From an uncultured delta proteobacterium (GTDB taxonomy: Bacteria > Desulfobacterota > Binatia > UBA9968), in contig CAVWLW010000036.1 in assembly GCA_963755715.1 (NCBI GenBank), positions 52,117 through 116,116 of the forward strand: a stretch of DNA of 64,000 nucleotides, written 5' to 3'. Shown piece after piece: positions 9,388 to 19,474 of this stretch; within the stretch, counting starts at the first letter, position 1; every line of letters starts with the position of its first letter. The notes beneath the pieces were generated by a model. The model was given only the letters and a program-made list of their open reading frames with translations. It was not told the DNA's origin and searched no databases. The position numbers and the translations under genes were made by a program.

Positions 9388-10896
9388 ATGGTGCAACTAC
9401 TGCTCAACTTTGTCGTTTTCATCAGTGGCGCAGTATTGATGTCCCTCGAAATCGTCGGCAGCCGCGTGCTCGCCCCCAACTTCGGCAGCTCGATCTTCGT
9501 CTGGGGCAGCTTGATCTCGGTGGTGATGGCCGCGTTGAGTATCGGCTATTATTGGGGCGGCTGGTTATCGGCGCGGGAACCCTCCTACGGCAAGCTGCTC
9601 GTGTTGCTCCTGATCCCCGGCATTTTAATTTTCTTTCTGCCGTTCATTTATCCCGCGATCAACGACTGGATCGCCGGCGTCGATTTCGGCAATCGTCTCA
9701 ATCCGCTGGTCTCGTGCAGCGCGCTCTTCCTTTTGCCGGGAGTATTTCTAGGCACGATCTCCCCTTACGCGATCCGTCTCGCCGCGACCCAATTGCACAC
9801 CGTCGGCAGCACCGCCGGCACGCTTTACGCCGTGTCGACTTGCGGCAGCATCTGCGGCACGCTGCTGACGGCTTTTTACCTGATCCCCGTGCTCGGCGTG
9901 GCCAACATTATTCACGCACTCGGCATCACGCTGGCATGTTTGTCTTTGGTTGTAGTACCCTTGGTCCGGCTGCGGGGCGTTTCTTTGTCGCGGGCTGTCG
10001 CCACCGTGTCACTCGCCCTCGGATCACTGAACCTTTTTTGGCCGCCGGTGGCCTGGGCAAAAACCATCTTGCAAAAAGAAACCTTTTATCACCGCATTCG
10101 CATCGAAGAAGACGATGAAGCGCGCTACATGTATTTCGACCGCACGCTTCAGAGTGCCATGAATCTAAAAGATCCGACGGCATTGCGCCTGATTTACTCG
10201 CGCTACACGTCCCTGGGCTTCGCTTTCCGGCCTGACGCGAAGAAAATGTTGATCATCGGCGTGGGCGGCGGCTCGATACCGAAAAAAGTGCAGAAAGAAT
10301 TTCCCAACATGGAGATCGATGCCGTTGAGATCGATCCCGAGGTGATCAAGATCGCCAAGGACCACTTCAACATCAAGGAGGGGAAAAATCTGCGCCTGCA
10401 CGCGCTGGACGGCCGGCTCTTTTTAACGCGCACGCAGAATCAGTACGATATTATTCTGCTCGACGCCTATTTCACCGATGCGATTCCGTTTCATCTCACG
10501 ACTCGGGAATTTTTTGAATTGGCCCAGAAAAAGCTCACGCCGAACGGCATCATCGTCGCCAATCTGATCAGCGCCGTCACCGGTCCGTCCGGTAAAATCG
10601 TCCGTGCTTTCGTCCGCACCCAGCGGCAAATTTTTCCGCAGACCTATGTCTTCGCCGCGCGCCGCCCGGACAACGTGAGCCTGGATACGATTCAGAACGT
10701 CATTGTGGTTGCGACGCGCGACAAGCAACGGCTGGACATCAAAGAGATCGTCAAGCGCGCCGCGGCGATCGACAAAGGATTGTTCCCGGATCCCATCCAA
10801 GACATCGCAGTGGCTTATTTCGACAGACCGATCCCCGAAGATGTGCCGATATTAACCGATGATTACGCGCCGACGGACGATCTGCTCAATCCTTAG
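9388..10896 (+). CDS. Fused MFS-like membrane domain / spermidine synthase-like protein
   Basis: N-terminal TM segments (LEIVGSRVLAPNFG); C-terminal LIIGVGGG, VEIDPEV, DIILLDAY, LTDDYAP. Confidence 0.9.
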   Translation: MVQLLLNFVVFISGAVLMSLEIVGSRVLAPNFGSSIFVWGSLISVVMAALSIGYYWGGWLSAREPSYGKLLVLLLIPGILIFFLPFIYPAINDWIAGVDFGNRLNPLVSCSALFLLPGVFLGTISPYAIRLAATQLHTVGSTAGTLYAVSTCGSICGTLLTAFYLIPVLGVANIIHALGITLACLSLVVVPLVRLRGVSLSRAVATVSLALGSLNLFWPPVAWAKTILQKETFYHRIRIEEDDEARYMYFDRTLQSAMNLKDPTALRLIYSRYTSLGFAFRPDAKKMLIIGVGGGSIPKKVQKEFPNMEIDAVEIDPEVIKIAKDHFNIKEGKNLRLHALDGRLFLTRTQNQYDIILLDAYFTDAIPFHLTTREFFELAQKKLTPNGIIVANLISAVTGPSGKIVRAFVRTQRQIFPQTYVFAARRPDNVSLDTIQNVIVVATRDKQRLDIKEIVKRAAAIDKGLFPDPIQDIAVAYFDRPIPEDVPILTDDYAPTDDLLNP

Positions 10897-11512
10897 CGCG
10901 CTTTTCATCTGCTCTTGTTCGGTTCTCGGCCCTGACGTGGAGCAACGACTCGTGCGGATCAAAGTCCTCGCCGACGTTTCCTTCCGCGCGCGCAATCCGA
11001 ACTGGTCCCAAGAGGTCCGCGGGCTCATCGAAGCCGCCTCGGACTATTATGAGAGAGAATTTGACATTCGGCTCGTGAGCCAAAGCGTCTCGCCGTGGCC
11101 CGAGAAAGAACGCATTCCTTCCACTCCCGAACTGCTCGCCAGACTTAAAAAAGAATGGGCTGTCTCCGGAAAGAACGATGGCTACGATTTAATCGTGCTT
11201 TTCACAGCCGAGGGCGTTAGCCGGATCTTGACTACGGGTCGGCCGCGCGTCGATCGTATCGGCAATTGCACTGAAGGATTGGCGAATTATGTAATCGTGC
11301 CGGTTACCGCGGTTTTTCACTACCGCGGTCCGAACGCTGAACTGGAGTTCGACGAGATCGCCTTGATTCACGAGCTCGGTCACGTCTTCGGCGCCGAGCA
11401 TGTCAATGACAGAGATTCCCTGATGCACGAAGAGTTCGGCTACCGAACCGAGTTCGACGCTAAGAATCGCGCGACGGTCCAGAAAAACCGCTTGTGCCCA
11501 TTTGCCAAATAG
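10859..11512 (+). CDS. Metzincin (M12/matrixin-like) zinc metalloprotease lipoprotein
   Basis: HELGHVFGAEH (HExxHxxGxxH) plus Met-turn SLM. Confidence 0.8.
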   Translation: MITRRRTICSILSALFICSCSVLGPDVEQRLVRIKVLADVSFRARNPNWSQEVRGLIEAASDYYEREFDIRLVSQSVSPWPEKERIPSTPELLARLKKEWAVSGKNDGYDLIVLFTAEGVSRILTTGRPRVDRIGNCTEGLANYVIVPVTAVFHYRGPNAELEFDEIALIHELGHVFGAEHVNDRDSLMHEEFGYRTEFDAKNRATVQKNRLCPFAK

Positions 11513-11515
11513 CGA

Positions 11516-11595
11516 AGCAGGCAATAGGCATTAGTAAAAGCAAAAATCCGAAATATATCTTCCGACTATTGCCTGTTGCTAATGCCTATTGCCTG
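11516..11595. repeat. Inverted repeat built of 7-mer tandem units (AGGCAAT/ATTGCCT)
   Basis: CAGGCAATAGGCATTAG...CTAATGCCTATTGCCTG; a related half-array lies at ~43162-43192. Confidence 0.7.
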
Positions 11596-11600
11596 AAACT

Positions 11601-12359
11601 ATGTTGAGCAATCTTCGAATCATTTTGGTTCATCCGCGCGGCTCGGGCAACATCGGCTCGGTGGCGCGCGCGATGAAAAATGTCGATGCCGGCGAGCTCG
11701 CCATCGTCGGTAAAGGGCGCACACGGAGTTTTTGGGCGAGAGCGATGGCCGTGCACGGCCGCGAAATCTTGGCTGATGCCAAGTCCTACGAGACTCTTCG
11801 CGATGCGATCGCCGACAGCACACTCGTCGTCGGCACCACGTGCCGAGCCGGACTCTATCGCAGCCACAGCCAAACACCGAAAGAAGTCGCGCCCACGGTC
11901 GTCGATGCTTTGGAGAAGGGTAAAGTTGCGCTGATCTTCGGCCCGGAAGATCACGGTCTCAGCAACAAGGACCTGGAACATTGCCAACTTCTCGTCACGA
12001 TTCCGATGCACCCCGATTATCCCTCGCTGAACGTCGCCCAAGCCGCCGTCATCTGTCTTTACGAGTTTTACGTCGCATCGCTGATGCCAATGAACGACTC
12101 GACGGTAAAACGAGCCGACGCTGAACAGGTCGAGAGACTCTTTGACATCATGAGAAATTCGCTGTTAAAGATCGGCTTTCTGGATTCGGAAAATCCCGAG
12201 CATATGCTGCTCGCTTTTCGCCGCATTTTCGGTCGCGCCGGCTTGGAGGAAAAGGACGTGAGAATTTTGACCGGCATGTTTCGCCAGATCGAATGGTACG
12301 CAAAAGAGGGCTGGAAAGTTGTCGAAGAAAAAGAAAAGAAGGGGATAAAAATCAGATAG
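11601..12359 (+). CDS. trmJ: TrmJ/LasT-family SPOUT tRNA methyltransferase
   Basis: ILVHPRGSGNIGSVARAMKN, LIFGPEDHGLSN, YPSLNVAQA. Confidence 0.88.
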   Translation: MLSNLRIILVHPRGSGNIGSVARAMKNVDAGELAIVGKGRTRSFWARAMAVHGREILADAKSYETLRDAIADSTLVVGTTCRAGLYRSHSQTPKEVAPTVVDALEKGKVALIFGPEDHGLSNKDLEHCQLLVTIPMHPDYPSLNVAQAAVICLYEFYVASLMPMNDSTVKRADAEQVERLFDIMRNSLLKIGFLDSENPEHMLLAFRRIFGRAGLEEKDVRILTGMFRQIEWYAKEGWKVVEEKEKKGIKIR

Positions 12360-12425
12360 ACTTAATTGTCGGACCGCGATGGACACTCATCTCCAGGAGC
12401 AAAACTTTTCGGAAGGGAGGAGCTC

Positions 12426-13433
12426 ATGAAAGTACTATGGGTCGCCTTTGCCGTGTTTCTCGCACTCTCCCACGTCGAAGCTCCGGCTCTTGCCAATCAT
12501 CGCCAATCGATCCGAGTAGCTTATCCCAGCCTCGGCCTTCCCCAAGCGCCGCTCTGGATCGCCAGCGCGGCGAATTATTTCAATGAAGTGGGACTGCGCG
12601 TCGAGTCCTTGTTTATCCAGAATAGCTCCACGGTCATCCAGTCTATGCTGTCGGATGAAATCGACTATGCCATGGTCGGACCGGCGCCCGTAGTCGCGGT
12701 GGACCTTCGCGGCGCCGACATCGTCATGATCGCGACGACGATCCCGACCTTGATTTTCTACGTGATCGCGCGACCGGAAATCCAAAAGGTCGAAGATCTA
12801 AAAGGGAAGTCCCTCGGTTTTGGCCGCTTCGGTTCCAACACCGATTTTGCCGCGCGCTTGCTGCTGGAAAAATACGGCTTGGTTGCGAACAAGGACGTGG
12901 CCATGATCCAAACCGTGGGCGGGAACGCGACGGTGTTGGCGGTCAGCACGGGCAAGGTTCACGCCGGCATCACTACGGACGTGGGGATGTTGGAAGGAAA
13001 GAAACTCGGCCTTAGAGAACTTTTCGCCTTCAAAGACCTGGGAATCCCATTTGCCCATGCCGGCTTTGCCGCCAAGCGCTCTTTCCTCAAGAACCATGAG
13101 AACGAAACCCTCAATTTCCTGCGGGCGATTTCCAAAGCGGTCTATCGCATGATGGCAGATAAGAACTTCAGTACCCAGGTGATTCAAAAAGTTTCCCGGG
13201 TCGATGACAAAGCGATCGTCGAAGCCGGTTACGAGCTGCACGCTCAACAATTTCTTCAGAAGAAGCTTTATACCACGCCGCCCATGATTCAAACCGTGCT
13301 GCGCCAGGTCGGCGAGAGCCTTCCAGCGGCGCTCAATCTCAACCCAGCCGACTTGATTGACAATCGTTACATCCAGACGCTCGATCAGCAGGGCCTCTTC
13401 GCGGACCTAAATCGGACCTTCAAACCGCGATAG
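12426..13433 (+). CDS. ABC transporter substrate-binding protein, NMT1/THI5/SsuA-like
   Basis: Signal peptide; PLWIA...GLRVE, DLKGKSLGFGRFGS; RBS GGGAGG. Confidence 0.85.
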   Translation: MKVLWVAFAVFLALSHVEAPALANHRQSIRVAYPSLGLPQAPLWIASAANYFNEVGLRVESLFIQNSSTVIQSMLSDEIDYAMVGPAPVVAVDLRGADIVMIATTIPTLIFYVIARPEIQKVEDLKGKSLGFGRFGSNTDFAARLLLEKYGLVANKDVAMIQTVGGNATVLAVSTGKVHAGITTDVGMLEGKKLGLRELFAFKDLGIPFAHAGFAAKRSFLKNHENETLNFLRAISKAVYRMMADKNFSTQVIQKVSRVDDKAIVEAGYELHAQQFLQKKLYTTPPMIQTVLRQVGESLPAALNLNPADLIDNRYIQTLDQQGLFADLNRTFKPR

Positions 13434-13477
13434 GGTGCACGGGAAACCCAAAAGTATCGTTCTCAGGAGGACAAGCC

Positions 13478-14114
13478 ATGAACGTCAACCACTTCGAGCT
13501 CAAGAAAACCGCACTGTTGTTCTTCGATATACTCAACGGCTACGTCGCCGAACCGGAGCCGGGCAAGCCGCGTGTTTTGAAACCCTGGATTCAAAACGCC
13601 GTCAAGCTCAGCAAGGCCGGCCGCGCCGCCGGATTGCCGATTTTTTTCGCCAAGGGCAACCATCGTCCCGACAACGCCACCACAGCGCTTATCCTCACCG
13701 ATACCAATAATTCCCTCACGCCGTGGCCCAATGGCGAAGTAACAAAAACAAAGATGCACGTCGTCGCCGGTAGACAAAAGCTCCGACGTGCTGGCCGATC
13801 TTGGACCGGCGCCGGACGATTATTACATCGTCAAGTATCGCTGGAGCGCCTTTCATCAAACCTATCTGGATCTCGCGCTGCGCGCCCGCGGCATCGACAC
13901 GATCATTATTTCCGGCGGCTCGACGGATGTCGGCGTCACATCGACTTTGTATTCCGGCAGAGACCTGGACTATAACATGATCGTCGTCAGCGACGCCTGT
14001 GGCACGTCGCACGATCAACGCGCCCACGATATGCTAATGGAACTGGTTTTCCCGCGCATGTCGCGCGTGCGCACCACCGATCAAGTGATCTCGATGATAG
14101 AGAGGACGCGATAG
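13478..14114 (+). CDS. Isochorismatase/cysteine hydrolase family protein, split by a 1-bp frameshift near 13772
   Basis: KTALLFFDILNG in the first frame; VKYRWSAF, IISGGSTDVGVTST, VVSDAC in the second; removing one base joins GDKSSDVLADL. Confidence 0.85.
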
Positions 14115-14136
14115 TCGCCATCGGCGCTAATCAAGT

Positions 14137-14202
14137 TGTCATCTCGAACGGAGTGAGAGATCTTTCCCTGTTCAGATTTCTCGCCTGCAGGTCGAAATCA
14201 CA
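14137..14202. repeat. TGTCAT-tagged palindromic intergenic repeat (second copy 49139-49197)
   Basis: TGTCATCTCGAACGGAGTGAGAGATCT...AGATTTCTCG...TCGAAATCACA resembles TGTCATTTCGACCGAAGGGAGAAATCT at 49139. Confidence 0.6.
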
Positions 14203-14250
14203 ACCAGGAAACGGATGAATTCTTAACGTTAGTAATTGCAGGAGGACTTC

Positions 14251-15387
14251 ATGGCATCCAATGGCACTGCCCCCGTCGGCGTAAGTCAGAACATTAAACA
14301 GATCGGCCGCATGGATTTACCCGGCGGCGGTTCCGTCGTCGTCGAAAACGGTTACGCCTACGTCGGTCACATGGATCCGCCGCACGGCACTTCGATCATC
14401 GACGTCAAGGATCCGAAGAATCCGAAAATCGTCGCCCACCTGGAAATTCCCGAGGGTTTGCACTCGCACAAGGTGCGGGTTAGCGGCGACATCATGTTGA
14501 TCAACTACGAGCGCTACAAGGCTAAACAACAGCTACAATCGGGCCTCAAAGTGTTCGACATCTCCGATCGCGCCAAGCCGCGCGAGATACATTTTTACAA
14601 GACCTACGGCAAGGGCGTGCATCGCTTCACCTTCGACGGCCGCTACGCTTACATCTCGCCCACGATGGAAGGCTACAACGGCAACATCGCCGTGGTTCTG
14701 GACATGAAGAACCCGCAAAAGCCCGAAGAGGTCTGCCGCTGGTGGATGCCTGGGCAGTGGACCGCCGGTGGTGAAACTGCGACTTGGCACGGCTTGGCGA
14801 CTCGCTGTCATCATCCGATCCGCAAGGGCGATCGACTCTACATCAGCTACTGGCACGGCGGCTTCGCCATCGTCGACATCTCCGACATGAGCAAGCCGAA
14901 AACAGTGAGCACGCTCGACTGGAGCCCGCCGTATCCCTGTCCGACGCACACTACTTTGCCGATGCTGAATAAAATTATGGAGCGTGACTGGATGATCGTC
15001 ACCGACGAAGAAGTCGGCGAGAAGCTCAATGAAACCCACAACGCATTTCTGTGGGTCGTCGATATCACCAAGGAAGAACTGCCGCTTCCCATCGCAACGT
15101 TCATCGTGCCCTTCGACGGAAAATCGACGAACGAGTTCCGCTTCGGCGCGCACCAACCTGCGGAACAGGTTTACGGCAACACGCTCTACGTCACTTGGTT
15201 CGGCGGCGGCCTGCGCGCGGTGGATTTTTCCAATCCGTACATCCCAAAGGAAGTCGGCTATTATATTCCGAATCCAGGCAAGGGACAGAAAGTTGTCATG
15301 AGCAACGACGTCTTCCACGACAAAGACGGCAAGCTCTATCTCATGGACCGGTACGACGGACTGGAGATATTAGAACCGCAAATCTAG
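14251..15387 (+). CDS. LVIVD-repeat beta-propeller protein
   Basis: Repeated IIDVKDPKNP, VFDISD, VLDMKNP, IVDISD, AVDFSNP; RBS GGAGGA. Confidence 0.85.
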   Translation: MASNGTAPVGVSQNIKQIGRMDLPGGGSVVVENGYAYVGHMDPPHGTSIIDVKDPKNPKIVAHLEIPEGLHSHKVRVSGDIMLINYERYKAKQQLQSGLKVFDISDRAKPREIHFYKTYGKGVHRFTFDGRYAYISPTMEGYNGNIAVVLDMKNPQKPEEVCRWWMPGQWTAGGETATWHGLATRCHHPIRKGDRLYISYWHGGFAIVDISDMSKPKTVSTLDWSPPYPCPTHTTLPMLNKIMERDWMIVTDEEVGEKLNETHNAFLWVVDITKEELPLPIATFIVPFDGKSTNEFRFGAHQPAEQVYGNTLYVTWFGGGLRAVDFSNPYIPKEVGYYIPNPGKGQKVVMSNDVFHDKDGKLYLMDRYDGLEILEPQI

Positions 15388-15416
15388 AATGCGCCGCCTT
15401 CAAAGTTCAGTTGCCT

Positions 15417-16007
15417 ATGAAATTGTACAACGTCGCTTATTCGGGCAACTCTTATAAAGTCCGTCTGCTGCTCGCGCAACTCAGCGTTCCCTGCGAGATC
15501 GTCGAAGTCGATATCTTAAAAGGCGAAAGCCGCACCACGGAATTCTTAAAGATCAATCCCAACGGCCGCACGCCAGTGCTCGACGACAACGGCTTTATTC
15601 TCGCGGAATCCAACGCCATCCTTGCGTATCTTGCCAAAGGAACGAAATTTCTACCCGAAGACCGGCAGAAGTTCGCGCTGGTATTCCAGTGGATGTTCTT
15701 CGAGCAATACAGCCACGAACCCTACATCGCGACGTCTCGTTTTTGGCTCCAGCACAAACCCGACTCACCCGAAAAATCTGCGCTTCTCGCATCAAAGCGC
15801 GACGGCGGCTGGGCTGCGTTGAAGATCATGGAAGACCATCTGGTAAAAACCGATTTCTTCGTCGGCGATTACAGCATCGCCGACATTGCTTTCTTCGCTT
15901 ATACGCACGTCTCGCATGAAGGCGGATTTCCGCTGGATGATTTTCCGAGAATTCAAGCGTGGATCGAACGAGTGAAAGCGCAGCCAGGGTTTGTGTCCAT
16001 GATATAA
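15417..16007 (+). CDS. Glutathione S-transferase
   Basis: MKLYN..SGNSYKVRL, INPNGRTPVL, LAESNAILAYL, YSIADIA. The true ATG is at 15417; the ORF-track extension overlaps the upstream gene. Confidence 0.92.
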   Translation: MKLYNVAYSGNSYKVRLLLAQLSVPCEIVEVDILKGESRTTEFLKINPNGRTPVLDDNGFILAESNAILAYLAKGTKFLPEDRQKFALVFQWMFFEQYSHEPYIATSRFWLQHKPDSPEKSALLASKRDGGWAALKIMEDHLVKTDFFVGDYSIADIAFFAYTHVSHEGGFPLDDFPRIQAWIERVKAQPGFVSMI

Positions 16008-16029
16008 AGTCGTCGAACTTTGTAATTTT

Positions 16030-16049
16030 GTAGGGTGCGCTTGCGCGCC
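16030..16049 (+). repeat. GTAG-type REP element upstream of RAYT
   Basis: GTAG GGTGCGC TT GCGCGCC hairpin. Confidence 0.85.
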
Positions 16050-16118
16050 ATCCGAGCGCTCGCATGCGCGACTATGTTATATGATTTGCCTTCTCTCCGC
16101 TCGTTGACCCGACAAAGC

Positions 16119-16661
16119 ATGTCCGAGTATCGACGCGCCCATATTCCCGGCGGGGCTTACTTCTTTACTGTTAAGACCTTCGAGCGCAAGCCCGTTTTGA
16201 CTCATGAGCATTACCGTATCGCTCTGCGCGAGGCAATTACCGAAGTACGAGGGAGACTGCCTTTCGACAGCCTCGCCTGGGTTTTGCTTCCCGACCATAT
16301 CCATACCATTTGGAAATTACCTGAGGGCGATGTCGATTACTCCCTACGCTGGTCGCTAATCAAACAACACGTCACTCGGAAATGTGCGGAAAGGACTCAA
16401 GAGGTGTTAGTCAGCCAGTCACGGCAAAAACGCCGCGAAGGTACGATTTGGCAACGCCGTTTCTGGGAACATCTGATACGTGATGATCGCGATTTCCGAC
16501 GTCACATTGACTACATTCACTATAATCCAGTGAAGCACGGCTATGTTTCAAAAGTGGTCGACTGGCCATATTCAACGTTTCATCGATTTGTCCGTAACGG
16601 TGTCTATCCGACAGATTGGGCGAGTGCTGATGAAAACACAGCGTCAAATTATGGAGAGTAA
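16119..16661 (+). mobile_element. rayT: REP-associated tyrosine transposase (RAYT/TnpA-REP, Y1 HUH), intact
   Basis: YRR..PGGAYFFTV, WVLLPDHIH (HUH), IWQRRFWEHLIRD, YIHYNPVKHG, DWPYSTF; flanked by REPs. Confidence 0.93.
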
Positions 16662-16664
16662 AGC

Positions 16665-16748
16665 GGTGCGCAAGCGCACCCTACAGCTCTGAATGAGATA
16701 GATTGCACATTCTGCAAAACCTGAGATCGTAGGGTGCGCTCGCGCACC
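16665..16748. repeat. Two GTAG REPs in opposite orientation downstream of RAYT
   Basis: GGTGCGCAAGCGCACCCTAC (16665-16684, reverse) and GTAGGGTGCGCTCGCGCACC (16729-16748). Confidence 0.88.
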
Positions 16749-16757
16749 ATCCATTTT

Positions 16758-17663
16758 CTAGACTCGAGCCTTCTTAATTTCTTCCATCTCTTCCAGACTC
16801 CGCGGCCAATCGTCTTTGAGCAATCGCGACAAGCTCCGATCTGCCAAAAGCTTGCCACCCGTCTGGCACGTCGCGCAGTAGTTGGTCTCATTCTCCGCAT
16901 GCACGATTCTTTGCACCGGTGAGCCGCAGACGGGGCACGGTTTGCGGTACTTGCCGTGCACCGCCATATCCGGACGAAACGCGGTAACTTTTTCGGGGAA
17001 GCCGGTTCCTCGTTCTTTTCGCAGCCGCTCGACCCATTCAGTGAGCGATTCGCGGACTGCGTGATAGAGACGTTCGATCTCGGTGTCCGTCATTTGCTTC
17101 GTCAGGCGGATCGGCGATAGCTTGGCGCGATGAAGGATCTCATCCGAGTAAGCATTGCCGATACCGCTGAATAAGTGGGGATCGGTCAGCGAGCGCTTCA
17201 AAGTGTGATTCTCGCTTGTCAGTGCTTCGCGAAATTGAGCGAGAGTCGCGTCGAGAACCTCGAGACCACCGGGATCGTGTTCTCGCAGGGCGGCTTCGCC
17301 CCGGACTAAATGAATCGACGCGCGCTTCTTGGTCCCCGCTTCGGTCAAGAGCAATGTGCCGTGGGGAAAATCGAAGGCCGCCTGTCCATATTTACGGGCG
17401 ATCTTCGCGCCTTTCGGTTTCCAGTGAAATCGTCCGGCGATCATCAAATGAACGATCAGGAAAAGATCGTCTTCGAGCTCGAAAACGATGCGCTTACCAA
17501 CCCGGCGGAGCGCCAGAACTTTCTTGCCTTCGGCTGCGCTGAGCGGCGGTTCGAAGGAGCGCAGGACAAACGGGCTGCCGATGCGAATCTTCTGAATCGG
17601 CTGATTCAGGACGCGCTCCGTTAGAGCTTCTATGTAAACGGTGACGTCGGGAAACTCGGGCAT
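16758..17663 (-). CDS. Fpg/Nei-family DNA glycosylase/AP lyase
   Basis: N-terminal MPEFPD (catalytic Pro2), RVGKRI, HLMIAG, H2[15 protein letters not shown], zinc finger CPVC...CATCQ. Confidence 0.92.
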   Translation of the reverse strand: MPEFPDVTVYIEALTERVLNQPIQKIRIGSPFVLRSFEPPLSAAEGKKVLALRRVGKRIVFELEDDLFLIVHLMIAGRFHWKPKGAKIARKYGQAAFDFPHGTLLLTEAGTKKRASIHLVRGEAALREHDPGGLEVLDATLAQFREALTSENHTLKRSLTDPHLFSGIGNAYSDEILHRAKLSPIRLTKQMTDTEIERLYHAVRESLTEWVERLRKERGTGFPEKVTAFRPDMAVHGKYRKPCPVCGSPVQRIVHAENETNYCATCQTGGKLLADRSLSRLLKDDWPRSLEEMEEIKKARV

Positions 17664-17781
17664 GATGGGAAAAACGAAGATCGAGAATGGAGAATCGACG
17701 ATCACAGTCCTCGATCCTCGAACTTTTTTGCAAGCTTCCTTGCGGCTAAACGAAACCTTTCTTTGTGTTTTTTTCGTCTGA

Positions 17782-17805
17782 GGGCGCGCTGAATCGCGCC
17801 CCTAC
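17782..17805 (-). repeat. GTAG REP of a second class
   Basis: Reverse strand GTAGGGGCGCGATTCAGCGCGCCC hairpin just after the carboxyltransferase stop. Confidence 0.65.
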
Positions 17806-17810
17806 GGTGG

Positions 17811-19232
17811 TTAATTCTGACTTCCGCCTTCCCTCAACGTCAAAAACTCCTTCGCCTGCATCGGAAACAGTACGCCAAGGAGAAGGTCTTCGTCGTTCTT
17901 CGCCAATGGCCCCAAGTCTTTGATTGCCTTGTCCCAATCCGCAGGATCGGCCATTTCGCCGGAGCGCAGGGAATAATCGGGCTCCTTGTCTTTCATGATT
18001 TTCTTTACCAGGTCTTTATTGACTACACCCGGCGGGCGTCCGTATTTCCCCTTGACGTAATCGGTCGTCTCCTTGGTGACGATCTTGTATCTCTCTCCCG
18101 CGAGAACGTTGAGTACGGCCTGCACGCCGACGATCTGGCTGGTCGGCGTGAGCAGCGGCGGATGGCCGAGATCTTTCTCCACGCTCGGTGTTTCTTTGAG
18201 CGCGGCGTCCATCAGATCCATGCGCTTGGCTTCTTTGAGTTGCGCGACCATGTTCGAGATCATCCCGCCGGGTACTTTGTGAATGAACACGTCGCCGCTG
18301 ACTCCGGTGTAACCGGTCTCGAATTTTTCGTACTTTTCTTTGATTTGCCGTGTGATTTGCGCCGGCTCTTCGAGCACTTTCAAATCGATGCCGGTGTCGA
18401 AAGGTGTTCCGCTCAGCGACGCCACCATGCTCTCGGTCGCGGGATGCGCCGATCCGAACGATAACGGCGACAAAACCGTGTCGACCATGTCGACGCCGGC
18501 GAGAATCGCCATCAGGTGGCACATGCTGGAGGTCCCGCCCATGTCGTGACAGTGGAGCAGCACCGGCAGCTTGCCCTTGGCGCGGTCTTTGATGCCTTTG
18601 ATGATACGGTAAGCATTGAACGGCGTCATGATCCCGGTGGCGTCTTTGAGCGACAACCAGTCGGCGCCGACCTCGATCAGCTGCTCCGCGTATTCCATCC
18701 ACTTTTCCAATGTATGAACCGGGCTTACCGTGTAATTGACTTCGACGTGCGCCTCGCCGCCGAACTCCTTCACCGCCTTGGTCGCTGTTTCGATATTGCG
18801 AAAGTCGTTGGTCGCTTCGAATACGCGGAAAACATTGATCCCGTTGGCGACGGCTCTCTCGACAAATTTGTAGACGATCGTATCCGTGTACGGACGGTAG
18901 GCGAGAATATGTTGGCCGCGCAAAAGCATCTGCAGCTTGGTTTTGGGCATGACCGCTTTCATCCGCCGCAGCCGCTCCCACGGATCTTCGTTGAGATAGC
19001 GCATGCACACATCAAACGTCGCGCCGCCCCACACTTCCACCGCGTAGAAACCGCAATTGTCGATGGAGGCACATAGCGGCAGGAGATCGTCGGTGGTGAC
19101 GCGCGTCGCCAGCTTGCACTGCTGCCCATCCCGCGGTGTCAGATCGGTGATTCTTACCCTTCGGCTGCCAGCCGGCTCAGATAGCAGCGTTTTCATGTCG
19201 GCGGCCAATTGATCCAAAATTTCTTCACTCAT
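17811..19232 (-). CDS. Carboxyltransferase of the pyruvate carboxylase B / oxaloacetate decarboxylase alpha / transcarboxylase 5S family, with no biotinyl domain
   Basis: RDGQQ, EVWGGATFD, EDPWERLR, QMLLRGQ, HCHD, VPGGMISN, PLLTPTSQIVG; no C-terminal EAMKM. Confidence 0.9.
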   Translation of the reverse strand: MSEEILDQLAADMKTLLSEPAGSRRVRITDLTPRDGQQCKLATRVTTDDLLPLCASIDNCGFYAVEVWGGATFDVCMRYLNEDPWERLRRMKAVMPKTKLQMLLRGQHILAYRPYTDTIVYKFVERAVANGINVFRVFEATNDFRNIETATKAVKEFGGEAHVEVNYTVSPVHTLEKWMEYAEQLIEVGADWLSLKDATGIMTPFNAYRIIKGIKDRAKGKLPVLLHCHDMGGTSSMCHLMAILAGVDMVDTVLSPLSFGSAHPATESMVASLSGTPFDTGIDLKVLEEPAQITRQIKEKYEKFETGYTGVSGDVFIHKVPGGMISNMVAQLKEAKRMDLMDAALKETPSVEKDLGHPPLLTPTSQIVGVQAVLNVLAGERYKIVTKETTDYVKGKYGRPPGVVNKDLVKKIMKDKEPDYSLRSGEMADPADWDKAIKDLGPLAKNDEDLLLGVLFPMQAKEFLTLREGGSQN

Positions 19233-19474
19233 GGGATGGCTCCTGTTTATCGCGACTCTAACAACCAATGCGTTGCTTAGAAGGTTTATAGGCTATTTCC
19301 CGCGCCACAGTAAAGCAGTGAAAGCGCGGCACGCTTGCACATATTTTTCCGTTCTGCGGTCTGCCTTCTTTCTGCTCCCGGCCTAAATGTTTGGAAAGAT
19401 TTGAACGCATTGAACGATTGGAATAAAGTTTCGTCGCCTTGCTTTTCTCGACCGATTCTCTTACAAACCGGCTG

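Noticed and set aside
15051-15416. N-terminal extension of GST; similar extensions on ORFs 30537-31706, 32703-33995 and 63063-63965
   Set aside because: Overlap other genes or repeats; better starts exist downstream.
18016-19008. 330-aa Arg-rich alternative-frame ORF
   Set aside because: Off-frame shadow inside the carboxyltransferase.
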